Assembly: GCF_009834535.1 (NCBI RefSeq)
Contig: NC_045707.1
Span: 62,374,001 to 62,438,000 of the forward strand
Direction: 5' to 3'
Length of the DNA: 64,000 nt
DNA from: Camelus ferus
Taxonomy: Eukaryota
Shown: positions 39,396 to 52,790 of the stretch, in pieces
Numbering within the stretch: position 1 is the stretch's first letter
Layout: every line of letters starts with the position of its first letter
Made by a program: the position numbers and the translations under genes
Notes under the pieces: model-generated
Database searches by the model: none
The model's input: the letters and a program-made list of their open reading frames with translations, nothing else
Told to the model about the DNA's origin: nothing

Positions 39396-39581
39396 TCCAA
39401 TCCCCTAAAGTGTTCCTAGAATTTTATATTTTATAACAAGTATGATCAAGCATTACCAGAAACATAATCAACTATGCTCTTCTAAGACAAATTTAAATCT
39501 CAATTATTCCACTTTTTTCTCTACTTACCTACTTGTTCTATGTCCCTAACTTAGAGGTTATCTTCTTTACTTAATACTATC

Positions 39582-40163
39582 TGCGGCAGATCAACTTCTG
39601 AGGTGACCTCCATGACCCTGCCTCCTGGCATTCATGCCCTTTTACGGTCCCTCAGCCTTGAATGCGGTGGGCTCCATGACTTGCTTATAACCAACAGGAT
39701 ATTGCAGAGATGACAAGATGTGCATGCTTACACGTATGGGATTGTGTGACTGACTGTATTATATGAGATCATAATGCCCGCCTTGCTGGAGAATCATAAT
39801 TCTCCCTTGCTGGCTTTGAGGGACATGTTGAGTCTCTCCATGACGCAAGGAACTGTGGGCAATTTGTAGGAGCTAGGGATGTTCTGCAGTCAGCAGCCAT
39901 TAAGAAATTGAAAATCTCAGCCTTAAAACCACAAGGAACTGAATGCTATCAGAAACTTCAGTGCTCTTCCCTGTTCTTCTTAAGTATCAGATGAGACTGT
40001 AGCCCTAGCCAGCACCTTAATTGCAGCTTTGTGAATTCTAAAGAGGATCTAGCTAAGATGGGCTTGGATTCCTGATCTATAGAAACCGTGACACATTAAA
40101 TGCGTCTTTGCATTATGCTACTAAATTTGTAGTAATTATCACTCAGCAATAGATAACCAGTAT
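39582..40163 (+). mobile_element. MLT1E/F-like solo LTR
   Basis: catgaccctgcctcctggcattcatgccc, ccacaaggaactgaatgct, and the end gctactaaatttgtagtaattatcactcagcaatagataaccagta. Confidence 0.85.
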
Positions 40164-41999
40164 TCCACTTACCTTCTGATTGGCTAATCAGGAAGACCGT
40201 ATTTGAATGCCAACACTTGAATGCCTTGGTGAGGCTCTGTGCTAAGCAAGGAATCAACTCTTCCTTTGTTCTTAGATAACATTTGAAATATATTACTCTA
40301 GCATTGATTCCGTTGATTGGTATTTGTTTTTGTGCACATGTATTATATTATCTCATCTATAAAACAGGATCACTAGCGTATATTTTGCTGAATGTTATGA
40401 GATGTGGCTATCTAACTTGGCCCAGCAGTCAATAAATGACAATGTCTTTCTGCAAGTTAATATGATTTCCTTGAGGACAGGGACTTTTGGTATATTTGTC
40501 CTTATATCCTGAGCTCATGGCACATATTAAGAACTTTAATAGTGAACTACTTTAATGAAAGTAAATGACTTTACATCTCATTGGTTAGTAACTTACTTGG
40601 TAAGCTTAAAAATGTGTTTAGATTTTTTTCCCCAATGATTTTCACAATTTTCCTAGTCATGCATCTTCTAACCATTGAACTCTAAGACATATGGACATTT
40701 ATATTGGGGGGAGGGAGGATTTGCAAAACACATTGTAAACTCCAGATCTTTGGCTATACTATAAATGGATTTTAGTAATATTTATATCAAATAGAACAAA
40801 ACCATGTGTGACTTAATATAGTATGGTAAGAAAGATTCCTTATATTGCTATTCACATGAATGAAGAATGAAATACATAACCATCTTTTTATTTTTGCTAG
40901 CTTGAACCTGAACAAAATACATTAGTAGAATGGAGATGGGTAAAAAGCAGCCTATTTTCCATACCCTGTCTTTCTCTTTCTTTCTTGACTTACTTCATTT
41001 TATCCATCAAATTCCTTAGCAGCTGAATATGAATAAATGTACTTTTTAGTTGGATGTTAGTTTGGAATTTATGGTTTATAGTCGTGGAAAAAAGCAAGGA
41101 AAATTTATTTTTTAAATTCTGTTTTTAGAATGAAGAGGTTAATAAAGATTTAAAAGCAAGTATTGCAGAATACCAAATATATAAAAGTTGTAGAGTCTCT
41201 AACTAAAATATGATGACTATCCAAGCCATAAAATAAATTTTAAAGTGACACAGGTCACCATCACTAAATATACCATTGGTAACATGACTTAGCATCATAT
41301 TTTTAGGTCTCTAGTTAAAAATCTAGTTTCTAATGTCTAGAAACATCACCATCTTTAATGGTCAAGACTTTGACTATGATCAATGCAGTGATGATATCAC
41401 CCTTTAACAGGTGGTTTTCAGTTAGTAATCCTTGAGATGAACCTGTAGGTTTTCTCCACTGTTGTTTTTCTTATAGTTTATTCTTTTTCAAAATGAGCTA
41501 GAGTATTCATAGCCATTCTGATTAGCCTCTTTTTTTTCCCCCTTTCAATGCAATCATCAAATAGATTATGTGTCCTGCCATTCTAATTTTATTAGGTTCA
41601 TTTTGTATGACTCTGAATTTTTGGTTCAAATTCTTTTATTGAAATCAGCAGCTTTGTCATTTCATTTCATTGAAGAATAGAAAGACCATCATTTTACAGA
41701 GTCGGCAGCTTTTCTGCTTCAGAGATTCTGTAATTTAGTTGGCTACTCTAATAGGGTTATATTTCATGTATGCTGAATACACCCTTTATGCTTGTGTTAC
41801 TCCTTAGAGAACTCATAGACAAAATAAAGTAGTTTATTGCATAAGAGATGGCAATTGCATTGACCATTAACCTCAATAACTTGCAAAGGCTATCGAGAAG
41901 CTTATAAAACACTTCGTAGTCAAGTTTAAAGTGGTACAAGATGTTTGTTCAAGCTGAAGCACTGATACATAAAGAAAAGTCTTACGTTCTCTCTCCCAG

Positions 42000-42035
42000 G
42001 GAGCAGACCTATCATTTCAAACTTCAGTGTATTTT
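42000..42035 (+). other. Candidate 36-nt exon on the plus strand
   Basis: gttctctctcccag|GGAGCAGACCTATCATTTCAAACTTCAGTGTATTTT|gtaagt, open in all three frames. Confidence 0.2.
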
Positions 42036-43559
42036 GTAAGTGTATACAGAAAAGAGGAAATTTTTGTCTAGGTTTACCTAAAGTATTTTGGCTCACACGT
42101 TCACCTGCAGTGTAGGTATATATTTATTCACATAACGCAATATTGTATCTGATTTTCAGAGTTCTAATTAAGATGTAAATAAATTTTATACAAATACTAA
42201 ATTGCCTCTGTTAAGTATTAATGTAACTATATTAAAAATGCACAGATACATGCATTCTTTATGTAACTAGGAAATCAGAAAATTACCCCCAAATAAATAT
42301 GCCATTTATACTTGTTCTGCATAAAATAACAAACCATTTAAACTACAATTTTCTTTAGACTACTAATGTCCATTTAACTTTTGCTTTGCAAGCAAAAGCA
42401 CATATTATATTCCAACTGCTTTGCAAGAAAAATTAGTTGAAATTATAAATTTTTAAAATTACATTATTTTCTGAGTATAATACATGTTGGTATTAACTTA
42501 ATATTTATGTTTAGAGCCATGTTAAAATTGCTTTAATGCCAAACTTAAATAAGATTTTAAACCTTGATTAATAAAATGAACCACTAACAAAAGTATATTT
42601 AAAATGAAATTAGTAGTTTGCAAATGAAGACTATTAGCTAAAAGAAAACAAAAAACACATCCTTTTAAGTGTGTGTTCAATAGCACCACTATTTTTTTAA
42701 ATTTATAGATCAGGTTATGCTCAAATAAATAGAAACTGTGTTACCTGAGAGCTTTCTCACCAACATTCTGAGTCTTTTATGTTTAGAAGTCATAGAATCA
42801 TTCATATGATAGAAACTTCATACTATTCTTTAGAAGAAAAATTTGAATTAGGCAAATAGAAAGATACAAAGACACAGAAAGGGGTCATAAGTAAATAAAT
42901 ACATTTCTTACATACTATCCTAATGTGTAATTGTCAAATATAAACTACCTCAAAAATCTGAATAAAATGTGACATATAGCAAAGAGGGAGTAAGAAACCA
43001 AAATGAAAAAGTAATGTTATTGCTGCCTTTAGGACATTTTAAAAAGAGCCTTGGTTTTTAAAGGCTGCTAAAGAAGAAAGCATTGGTTTTTAAAGGCTGC
43101 TTTGTGAATAAAGGACAAGACTGAAACCAAGAAAGATTTTAAGTTGGAATTTGAAACTCAGTGTAAAGTTAATTTGCCCAAAGGTCTTTATCATAGATGA
43201 GTAAAGTGGCCTATAAGAACCACTCAATTGTCAAGAAAGAGATGAGAAGAAAAAAAAACAAGAACTGTCCCAGCCTTACTAGTGCTTGGGAATAAAGAAA
43301 GTTCCTATGAGATATAATCCTCCTTTATATGGCTTTGAAGATTTAATGTACACTACCTGTATTGTAGAAGGAAATCCCAAGCAAAGGAAAAAGTTCAATG
43401 TTATTTCAATATCCATTAAAAAGTAAGCTCCATGCTGACCAGATTTTTTGATGTTTTGGTTCTTGATATTTATCGATATACGCCCACAATATAAAACATC
43501 TCTGCCACATGGCAGAGGCTCAATAAATATTCGATGAATAAATGAGTGAATTTAGTCCT

Positions 43560-45960
43560 AAGTTAAAAAGTCACATTAGAAAACTCAATGCCTTTTTAGA
43601 AGAACACAATCTCAAAAAAATTCTTATGATTCTCACAGAGGAAGCATCAACAAATATGTAAAGACTAAAATTTAAAAAAAAAAATGAAAACAAAGATAAC
43701 TAGCTAGTATTCAGGATTAAAATTTTAAAATATCAGACAATAGAGTTACCAGAGAATAACAAAGTAAGCATGGTTGAAATGTTTCAAAGTTATGAAAGAT
43801 GGAATTAAAATGTAAGAAAGAAATACATAAACAAAAGAAAATTAGGAAATACCTTCTAGAAACAAAAATAAATGTAATCCTTGTAATAAAAAATAGAAAA
43901 AGCGCATATAATGGTCATTTGGAACAATACTTCTGAGAACAAGGAGGTAAGTTTGACTGAAGACTTTAAAAACTTACCAGTAGGAAGTCACTGACTCTAA
44001 CAAGTCAGTGAAAAAGGCCAATTTCAGTTCAAGATCAGACATGTAAACAGCTTAGAAGTTATAATTCCCAACCTTATAATAAAAAAGGTGAAATGCTGAA
44101 AATCAATTACTTTTATTGGACCCACCATTTTATGGAGATCACAGGGCAAATCAGGCACCCTGAAATCTCTAGAAGGCAAGCAAATCAAAAGCCATAGCAG
44201 AGACTTCCCTCTACAGTTGTAATTAAAAATACTTGATTAAATTCAATAAACATTTAATGTGATAACTTGTAGGAAGCTAGAAATAGAAAAGACTTCCTTA
44301 TTCTGATAAAAAAAAGTTTCTAAAAATAGCACATGAACACACACACCACACTTTGCATACATAAATGTGGACATTCCTCTAAAATTAGAAATGAGATGAA
44401 GATTCTCAATATCATCTTTTCTATTCAATATTTTACTGGAGATCCTAATGAGTACAATAACATGCACCACAAATAACAAATTCTGGATTGGAAAAGAAAA
44501 ATAAACCCCAATTATATGCCAATGATATAATCCTATTCCACAAAGTCCATAAATAAATTACTAAAAGATATCTGAGTACAAGGTGAGTACAAGAGGAAAT
44601 CTAGTTATATATACAAATAATTATTATTTATAACAATAACTTTCAAAATTATATACCATTGAAAATATGAAAAAAACACTATCTAGGAATACATTTAACA
44701 AAGTATGTCAATTATGTAACATTATTAAGATAATGTTAATTAGAGAGACAATAAATTAAGAGAAACAAATACATACAGAGAAATGTGGTATTTCTGGATT
44801 GGAAGTTTTAATTTTGAGTAAAATCCAAAAAGTAATCTGTAAGTGTAATGCAATTCTCATCTATATAACAGCACTTTAATTTCAGAAAACTCACAAGTAT
44901 TTCTAAAATATGAGAATTCTAAAGGCAAAGAAGCCAAGACAAGCTTATTTCTTGAAGAAGTAAAGATTAGGATACTACTGATAGAACACAGCAGTTGTTA
45001 ACTAGTACTGGTGCAAAGATAGAGAAGTCGACTTACGGATTTGAATAGAGGTCACAAGGAGATACACACACATACAGACATTTGATTAATAAAATGTGGC
45101 ACTGCAGCACAAGTGAGAGTACATTACTTTTTCAATAAGTAGTGCTGAGTCATTTGTATATCAATATATTTAAAAATTGCATCTTGCTACCTACCTATAG
45201 CTGTACCAAACAGCAATTGATGTAGGTATAAATGTGAAATGTAAAAACACATAAATACACACATATTGGCACACATATACACATGTGCACAGCTCTTAGA
45301 GGAACATATGATTTCATGATTTGGGATTAAGCAAGAATTTCTTAGGACATAAAGAGTAATAACTTTAAAAATATTGTACTACATTAAAATTAAGAATTTG
45401 GGAGCATCAAAGTTACCATTTAGAGAGTCAAAGGGAAGCTGTGAGGAAGAAGAAACTATTTGCAATGCATATAACCAACAAAGTAATTGCATCTGGAATA
45501 TAGGAAAGTATTTCTCCAAGTAATTAAAATATAAAAGACAATGGTTAAATAAATAGTAAGAGAGTTGAAGAAGTAATTCACAAAAAAGATACCAATATAT
45601 AAAAAAAGCTTAATGTCAGCAAAATGAAAATTATAATGAAAATGAAGCACTATTGAAATATACATCAGCTACAATATCTGAAAGTAGAAAAAGTTTATAT
45701 GCACAAACAAAATCTGTGAATTTGAGGAGTGTCAGATATTAGAACACTTTTAAATTCTGTTTAGAGAAGAGTAAATTTTCATGACTACTTTGGAAGACTT
45801 TGTGGTGTTGTCTACCAAGATAACACACAAATACCTATGACTAGTAATTCTATTTCTAGCTATATTCCTCCCAAAAATGCACTGTAGAACTTTTGAGAAC
45901 TAGTCTCAATTTAATGCACTTACAATCGGTTTCACATTGTGATAATGGCCAATTGGAAGA
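43560..45960 (+). mobile_element. Composite old L1M fragments (ORF1-like piece, L1M 5' end at ~44040-44220, ORF2 3' half)
   Basis: 44100-44190 resembles 32510-32580. ORF2 motifs include tttctattcaatattttactggagatccta, ctatctaggaatacatttaacaaa and tactggtgcaaagataga. Confidence 0.75.
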
Positions 45961-46031
45961 GTGACTTTAAATTCCTGTTTTGAATAAAAGTATAATCAAA
46001 ACTGCCTTTTCTATTTAACTTAAAAGGAATT

Positions 46032-46090
46032 ATATATACATATACATATATATATATATACATACATACATATATATATATATACACACA
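46032..46090. repeat. (TA)n/(TACA)n microsatellite
   Basis: The run is directly visible. Confidence 0.9.
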
Positions 46091-49000
46091 AAATATGTGG
46101 TGATCAGATCTAAGATTCAAGTAGAAGAGAGACCAAAATAATCATACAGCTATTATTATCTGGTGATCTTATGAATATGCTTTTTCAAGAAATGTTTGGA
46201 AATGAGTACTAAATTGTGGGAAAGAATAGGTAGTTCATCTGTAATAAGAATACAAAACGAGAAAATACTTAATGAGATATATCAAATTTAAGTACTTCAA
46301 GGGACATTAATATTATAGAAAACAAACTTACTTTACCTCAGTTCCTGAATTAATATTTAGCAATATTTTCAGCTAGTCTGATTCTACTTAAAGTAGTTTT
46401 AAAATTCAACCCCTATAGGATTCAAAATAATCTGACAACAACGAAATCCATCAGTAAACACCAACCGTTTATTTACAGAAAATCATAATACAATTATATG
46501 TCCAAATACTCTAAGTAATAAAAAACTTAGTCAAAAATAAAAATAAAATCAACATTTTTTCCATTTTTGATGTAAAAATTTCGTATTTTTAAATAAAATA
46601 TACTCACTATTTTGATTATAGATTTTTCCTTTCAAATTCTATTTTCCTCATGGGTTAATTTCCAGCATGTTTCACAATAGGTATATTCATAAACATTGTA
46701 ATTAATGTAAAAGAGTCGATATTAAATGTTTGTGTTTATAAATCATTGATTACAGGATGAAAAGAAAGATGATCATAGACTACTATATTTAGTTCTCACA
46801 AGGACAGCTTGTATCCCTTTCTTATTTAAACTAAAAGTCATGAAGCTCCCATAGTAAGAATTCACAATTCAAATCAGTCCATTTATCTCATTGGCCAATT
46901 CTTTAGAATTATTTTAAACTATTTTTAATACTCAACAGAGGAATAACTTTGGTAATTAGATATGTTTCTCCTTAGGATTAAAGAAAATTACACTGCGGTT
47001 TCACATCATATTAAAATAATTTTGTGAAAATTGTAAGCTTAGTAATAACATAAATAAATAATATAAAAGTGTGGTATCGGGTACTTTTGAGTGGAGATGC
47101 AATGTACATTACTGCATTTCCACAATTGTTGAGTCTAAAAATACTAAATGGGAATTTCCCTGTAAGAAGTTCTTAGAGTATATTTATTTCCACTACGACA
47201 TATTTTTCTCTGAAATCTCAGAAATTGAACTGTTCTTGGTAATTGAGCTTAAAATGGCTTAAACTGAAATATGATTTGAATTCACCCAACAAAGAGAGCA
47301 CTCTCCACCACACTACAAGTGTACGTTCTCAATAAATGTATACCCAACCACTGAATATGTGGGCTCATATGAGGTATCACTGGCTAATCGCTTTGAAAGC
47401 TGTGAAACCCAAATACGAGGGAATCTGTTTCTTAAGTGTTTCAGAAATATTCATTTATTTTTATACAATAGATTGCCATTTTATTCTTCTACCATATAGG
47501 TATAAGCAAGCTCTTTCAGTCTCTTGAATGTGTCCATTCCTTCCTATCCCACAGTGAATATAATCCTTACACAGAATTAAAACCATACAGAAAAATGTAA
47601 AACTATTTACTAGATCTCCATTTATTTATTATATTCCCACTGCAAGCATTCTTATATCGTACTGATCTATTTATTTCTAATATTCTTTTCTCCTAACCTA
47701 ACGATGGCATTATTTGCTTGCTTTTATGCACTGATGTTACCCAACTTAAAAATTAGATAATAATCCTTCAAGAATATATATGTTAGATAAGCATTGCAAC
47801 ATATCCATAATAAGTCTTTGTGCTATTAACTAAACATTAACAGGCTCTTGAAAAATATAATTTTGTATATGCTTATCAAAGTGAATCAGAAGAAAACAAT
47901 ACCAAATGTGTTCCAGATTCTCTGTGGGGCAAAATGAGAAGGGGTATTTTATGTAGTGGGTTAAGGACAGAGAAGATTTGATGACTTCACCCACCGAAAA
48001 AAATATATGTAATATTTGTATACTATATACTACGTATTTGCATATTTAATACATAGTATACATATTAATGTTTTCATATATGTATATAGTCATTTAAATA
48101 TATTTACATGTTAATACAGGTATATAGTGCATAGTGAGAATTAACTTTTGTAATCACACATATTTCATTTTATTTTTAATTTATTAAACTTTCAAAAAAT
48201 TCTATTCAAAATTAGAATCCTAATATTAGAATAGACATTTAAATTAAGAAGTCAATATAAAATCATATTATTGCTGCAAATATTGTTAGCATTTGGTCAT
48301 TATAAGTATTTCAATAAGGCTATATGTATGGTCTGCCTTGCTTACTCGATAAACACCTATATTAAGAATGGAGGCAATATAAAAAAGATAAATCTTCGAT
48401 TATGGCTTGCATCTAGGGGAAGGCAACTTATGTTTAGATTGTGAAACAACAGATACTCTGGTTATAATAAAAACTTTAAAAAATTACTTAAAGAAAACCA
48501 AAGTGAAAAAAACAAATTATTTGATGAGGCAAACAGCTATATCACTTTGACAAGCACCAAAAAAGAGAAATCACAACACAGGCACCTTGCTGTTTTTGCC
48601 TTGAAATTCCAAGTGGAGAAATTCATTTTATGCCAATAGGAACTGCAGAAACCTTACTCAGTGTCTCTGCCAATATGATAATTCGTGTAACATTACCCAT
48701 AATGCCTCACATTGTGACTTTGCTTTGAAAATAGATGTAATTGAGCCTTGCTGAGTTGCATTAATGTGTCTGTTTAAATTGAACAAACCTAATTATCTCA
48801 CATGAAAGTTATGCCACCTCTGGTGCGGCAAAGCTAATGCAATTAAAGTCAGCCAGATGTATTAATTGAGTATCGCAAACATGCAGTTTATCTGGTAAAG
48901 AACAGTTTATTATACATTAGTACTGGACAGTTTGTAACACAGCCACACCACCTACAAGATACCTCTCTAATGCAATATTATCCTTGGTATAAAAACCCAT

Positions 49001-49204
49001 AAACTCTAAAGTCAGAGGGCTACCATATGTCTTAGGAGTAAATATCTATATGGATTTAAGATGCTCTGTCTCATACATTTTGGTTATATACTTTGAAAAT
49101 CAAATTTTCTGAAGCAGTCGTAAGATATAGCCTTTACCTCTTCATATTCTTTTTGAAAAAAACATTAAATCAGAAGAAATTGTGATTTCTCTTTTCTGTT
49201 TCAC

Positions 49205-51972
49205 ATGCAAGGAGCTTTGAAGTTGCCACTGTATCCTAACAAGTGAAAACTTAAACTGATGAACAAATCAGCAATTTTTCTAGTATCTGTAAGAGAGAGA
49301 AGGGCACAGGACAACTGCTGCCCCACGATTTGAGAGACAGACATGTGAATACAAGGAGTGAGCTTATAGAGGCAGAGATTCACAAACTGGAAACCACTGC
49401 AGGACCAAGTGCCAGAATAGAAAAACCTCACCTCTAATCAATTAATTATTGGAGGCTCAATACAGATAAAACTGAGAGTTAAATACTCTAGAGGTAAGTC
49501 AACCATGTTTTCACAGTAAATTATTTGAGAAAAATCATCCCCTGCCTTGGGCAGGATGAGGAAAAAAGGAACCATTTTGAAATATATCAGCTTACTCTGT
49601 TCTTCTTAGCAAGAGATGACCTGAAGAGGAACTAGTTAACCAGAGCCTAACTTGCTAGAATCTTATCAGAGCCTAATTTACCTGGAGGAAAAGATATATT
49701 CAACTCCAGCTCATTCTAACCATCATGTCCCACCTAAGGGAAGACAAGGGGGAAAAAAAAGGAAAACACTTGCAAAGTCCACAGTCCAGAAACATAGGTT
49801 TACTAAAAGACTGAGACCTAATCATTGGCCTATAGTAAGTATACTTCCCCTCTCCCAACACCTCACCTCCACATTGCTAAAGACCTGTTTGTACTTCCTT
49901 TTACTTGGTAGATTATGTCCAGCTATCAAGAAAAAATTACAAGATATACCAAAAAGGAAAAACAACACAATTTGAAGAGACAGAGCAAACATCAGAACCG
50001 GATGTGACAGGGATGTCAGAATTAGACTGGAAATTTAAAACAACAATGATTAATATGCTAGCAGCTCTAAACAATAAACAGCATGCAGTAAAGGGAGGGA
50101 ATTCTGCAGAGAGGTGAACATCCTAAGACAGAACCAAAAACAAATGCTAGAGATCAAAAACACTGTAATAAAAATGAAGAATGCCTTTAATGGACTTCTT
50201 AGTAGGCTGGACACAGCAGAGGAAAGAAACTCTGAGTTTCAAAGTATGGCAGTTGGAACCTCCAAAACTGAAAAACAAGTAAAACAAAGAATAACAAAAG
50301 AACAGGATATCCAAGGGCTGTGGGATAACTATAAAAGATATCACATGCACATAATGAAAATACAAGGAGAAAATAAAAGGAAAAATAAAAAGAAATGTTT
50401 GAAATAATAGGAATAAGTTTTCCCCAAATTGACATCAGACAACAAACCACAAGTCTGGGAAGCTTAGAGAATACTAAACAGAATAAATGCTACACATGGG
50501 CATATCATTTTTTTAAACTACAGAAAATCAAAGATCAAGAAAAAATACTAAAAAAAAAAAAGGACATACATTATACAGAGGAGTAAAGATAACATTACAT
50601 TTGACTTCTCAGAAATCATGCAATTAAGAAGCGACTGAGGTGAAATATTTAAAAGTGTTGAGAGGAAAAAAATAAAATTCCTAAAATTCTATACCTTACA
50701 AAATTATCCTTCAAAAGTAAAGGAGAAACAAAGGACAAAGTTGAACTTAACACCACCATCAATCACCTGGATGTAACGGACATCCATAGACGACTATATC
50801 CAATAACAGGAGAATACACATTCTTCTTAAGCTCAGATGGAACATTCACCAAAATGGACTGCATTCTGTGCTCTAAAACACTCCTAGAAAATTTAAAAGA
50901 ATAGAATTCATACAACGTCAGTCCTCAGATCACAGTGGAATTAAACCAGAAATCAGTAATAGGAAGATAATTTGAATATTTCAAAACACATGGAGATTAA
51001 ACAACAGACTTCCAAAAAGCATATGGGTCCAAGAAATAAAATCTCAAGACACATTTAAAAATACTTTGAACTAAATAAAAATGAAAACACAACTTATGAA
51101 AATACGTGGGATGCAGTAAAAGAAGTGCTTAGAAGGAATATTCTAGCATCCCATGAAAATATCAGAAAGGAAGATAGATCTAAAATCAAAGCCTAAGTTT
51201 CTACCTTAGGAAACTAGAAAATGAAGAGTAAATTAAATAGAACAACAACAACAACAAAAAAAAGCAGAAGAAAAGAAATAAGAATTAGAGCAGAAATCAG
51301 TAACATTGAAAACAGGAAATCAATAGAGAATATTGATGAAACCAGAAGCTGTTTCCTTGAAAAGATGAATAATATCAATTAGCCTCTATCCAGGCTAAAT
51401 AAGAAAAAGAGACACTACAAGATACTAATATCAGAAATTAGAGGGGCATCACTACATGTCCCATGGGGATTAAAAGGATAATAAGGAAATACTATGAACA
51501 ACTCCATGCCTACAAATTTGATAACTAAGATGAAATAGGCCAATTCCTTGAAAGACACAGTTGCCAAAACTCACACAAGAAAAAAAATTAATAATCTATC
51601 TGAATAGGCCTGTATCAATGTAAAAATTGAAGAAAAAATTAATAACTTTCCAAAACAAAAAGTACCAGGCCCAGATGGCTTCACAGTAAATTCTATCAAA
51701 CATTTAAGGAAGAAATCATATCAATTCTCTACAATCTTTCTTTCAGAGGATAGAAGCTGAGGAAGTACTTCCTAGTTCATTTAATGAGACCAGTATTACC
51801 CTCGTGCCAAACCAGAAAAAGACATTACAAGAAATCTACAGACAAATATTTCTCACCAGCATAGATACAAAAATCAACAAAACATTAGCAACTCAAATGC
51901 AACAACATTTAAAAATATATATATACATCATGGCCAAGTGGGATTTATTCCTGGTATGCAAAGCTGGTTTGG
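49205..51972 (+). mobile_element. L1MC/MD-type LINE-1: 5'UTR, ORF1 and partial ORF2, internally deleted and 3'-truncated
   Basis: ORF 50114-50407 is ORF1p-like (LEIKNTVIKMKNAFNGLLSRLDTAEER...QGLWDNYKR). Endonuclease motifs agaatacacattcttc and tcagatcacagtggaattaaa are present, as is ccaggcccagatggcttcac (PGPDGF). The element ends at gggatttattcctggtatgcaaagctggttt (GFIPGMQSWF). Confidence 0.92.
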
Positions 51973-52024
51973 GCATTTTTATAGTCAAGGCAGTTTTTTT
52001 TTGTTGTTTATTGTGAGTGTATAG

Positions 52025-52235
52025 CAGTAAAAAACAGGACTAAGTACTAGTACCACGATGTTGATTCTGCTACAGCCAGTATTTTTACTCACTATTGCTT
52101 TTGTACATGTCAGCTCAGAGAAAGAGGTAATCAACATCTTAGTGTTACTATGAGAATAGTTTTGACTTTATGAACCTCTTGCAAGTGTCTCAGAGAACCC
52201 AAGTATCCTGCAGGTCACATTTTGAGAAATCATGC
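52025..52235. mobile_element. Charlie1-type hAT terminal fragment
   Basis: aacatcttagtgttactatgagaatagttttgac...cacattttgagaa matches a Charlie1 terminus. Confidence 0.75.
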
Positions 52236-52584
52236 CAGGTAAGCTCCTGACACTTGTTGACTTGAGGTAATGCAGCCAAAAAAAAAAGGCCAGATCTTCA
52301 GCTTATAGAAGATGGGGGATTTTTTTTTTATAACAACACATCTACAATACTATTGGTAACTAGTTGAACTTACATAGGAGGTTTGTTTTCAGCAGCTGCA
52401 AGATGAGTTGATCTTCTGCACTTGCCTGCTGCCATCTTAAAATTGTATATAGAGGCATTAAATAGGTTCAGTCATGTATTTGGTCGAGTGGGTAAAAGAG
52501 CCTCCAACCGTGATTGCCCAGGACCAGCTCTCAGGTCAACTGACAATCAGGCTCCCTTGATGACCTCCTCCAACAAAATAAAGT

Positions 52585-52790
52585 GCAGTGCTGGAAAACA
52601 GGTCAGGGTATCTGAAATCAGATTTGAAGTAGTGGCCCTGCTGGCACCTATTAGCATTTGTATTTTTTTTTTTTTTTTAGGTAAATTGCTAATCCTTTAT
52701 GCCTTGATTTCTCCACCTGTGAAATGGAAAGTGAGGCATAGAAAAAGGTAAATTATTAAACTACAGGATTAAAAAAATTATTCTACTATC
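52585..52790 (+). mobile_element. MIR SINE
   Basis: ggtaaattgctaatcctttatgccttgatttctccacctgtgaaatgg. Confidence 0.6.

Noticed and set aside
48822..48836. Possible CTCF site (tgccacctctggtgc)
   Set aside because: Only the AGGTGGCA half matches the core motif.
49652..52016. Cluster of ORFs of 60-107 aa
   Set aside because: They are pieces of L1 ORF1/ORF2 or their antisense, interrupted by stops and frameshifts.
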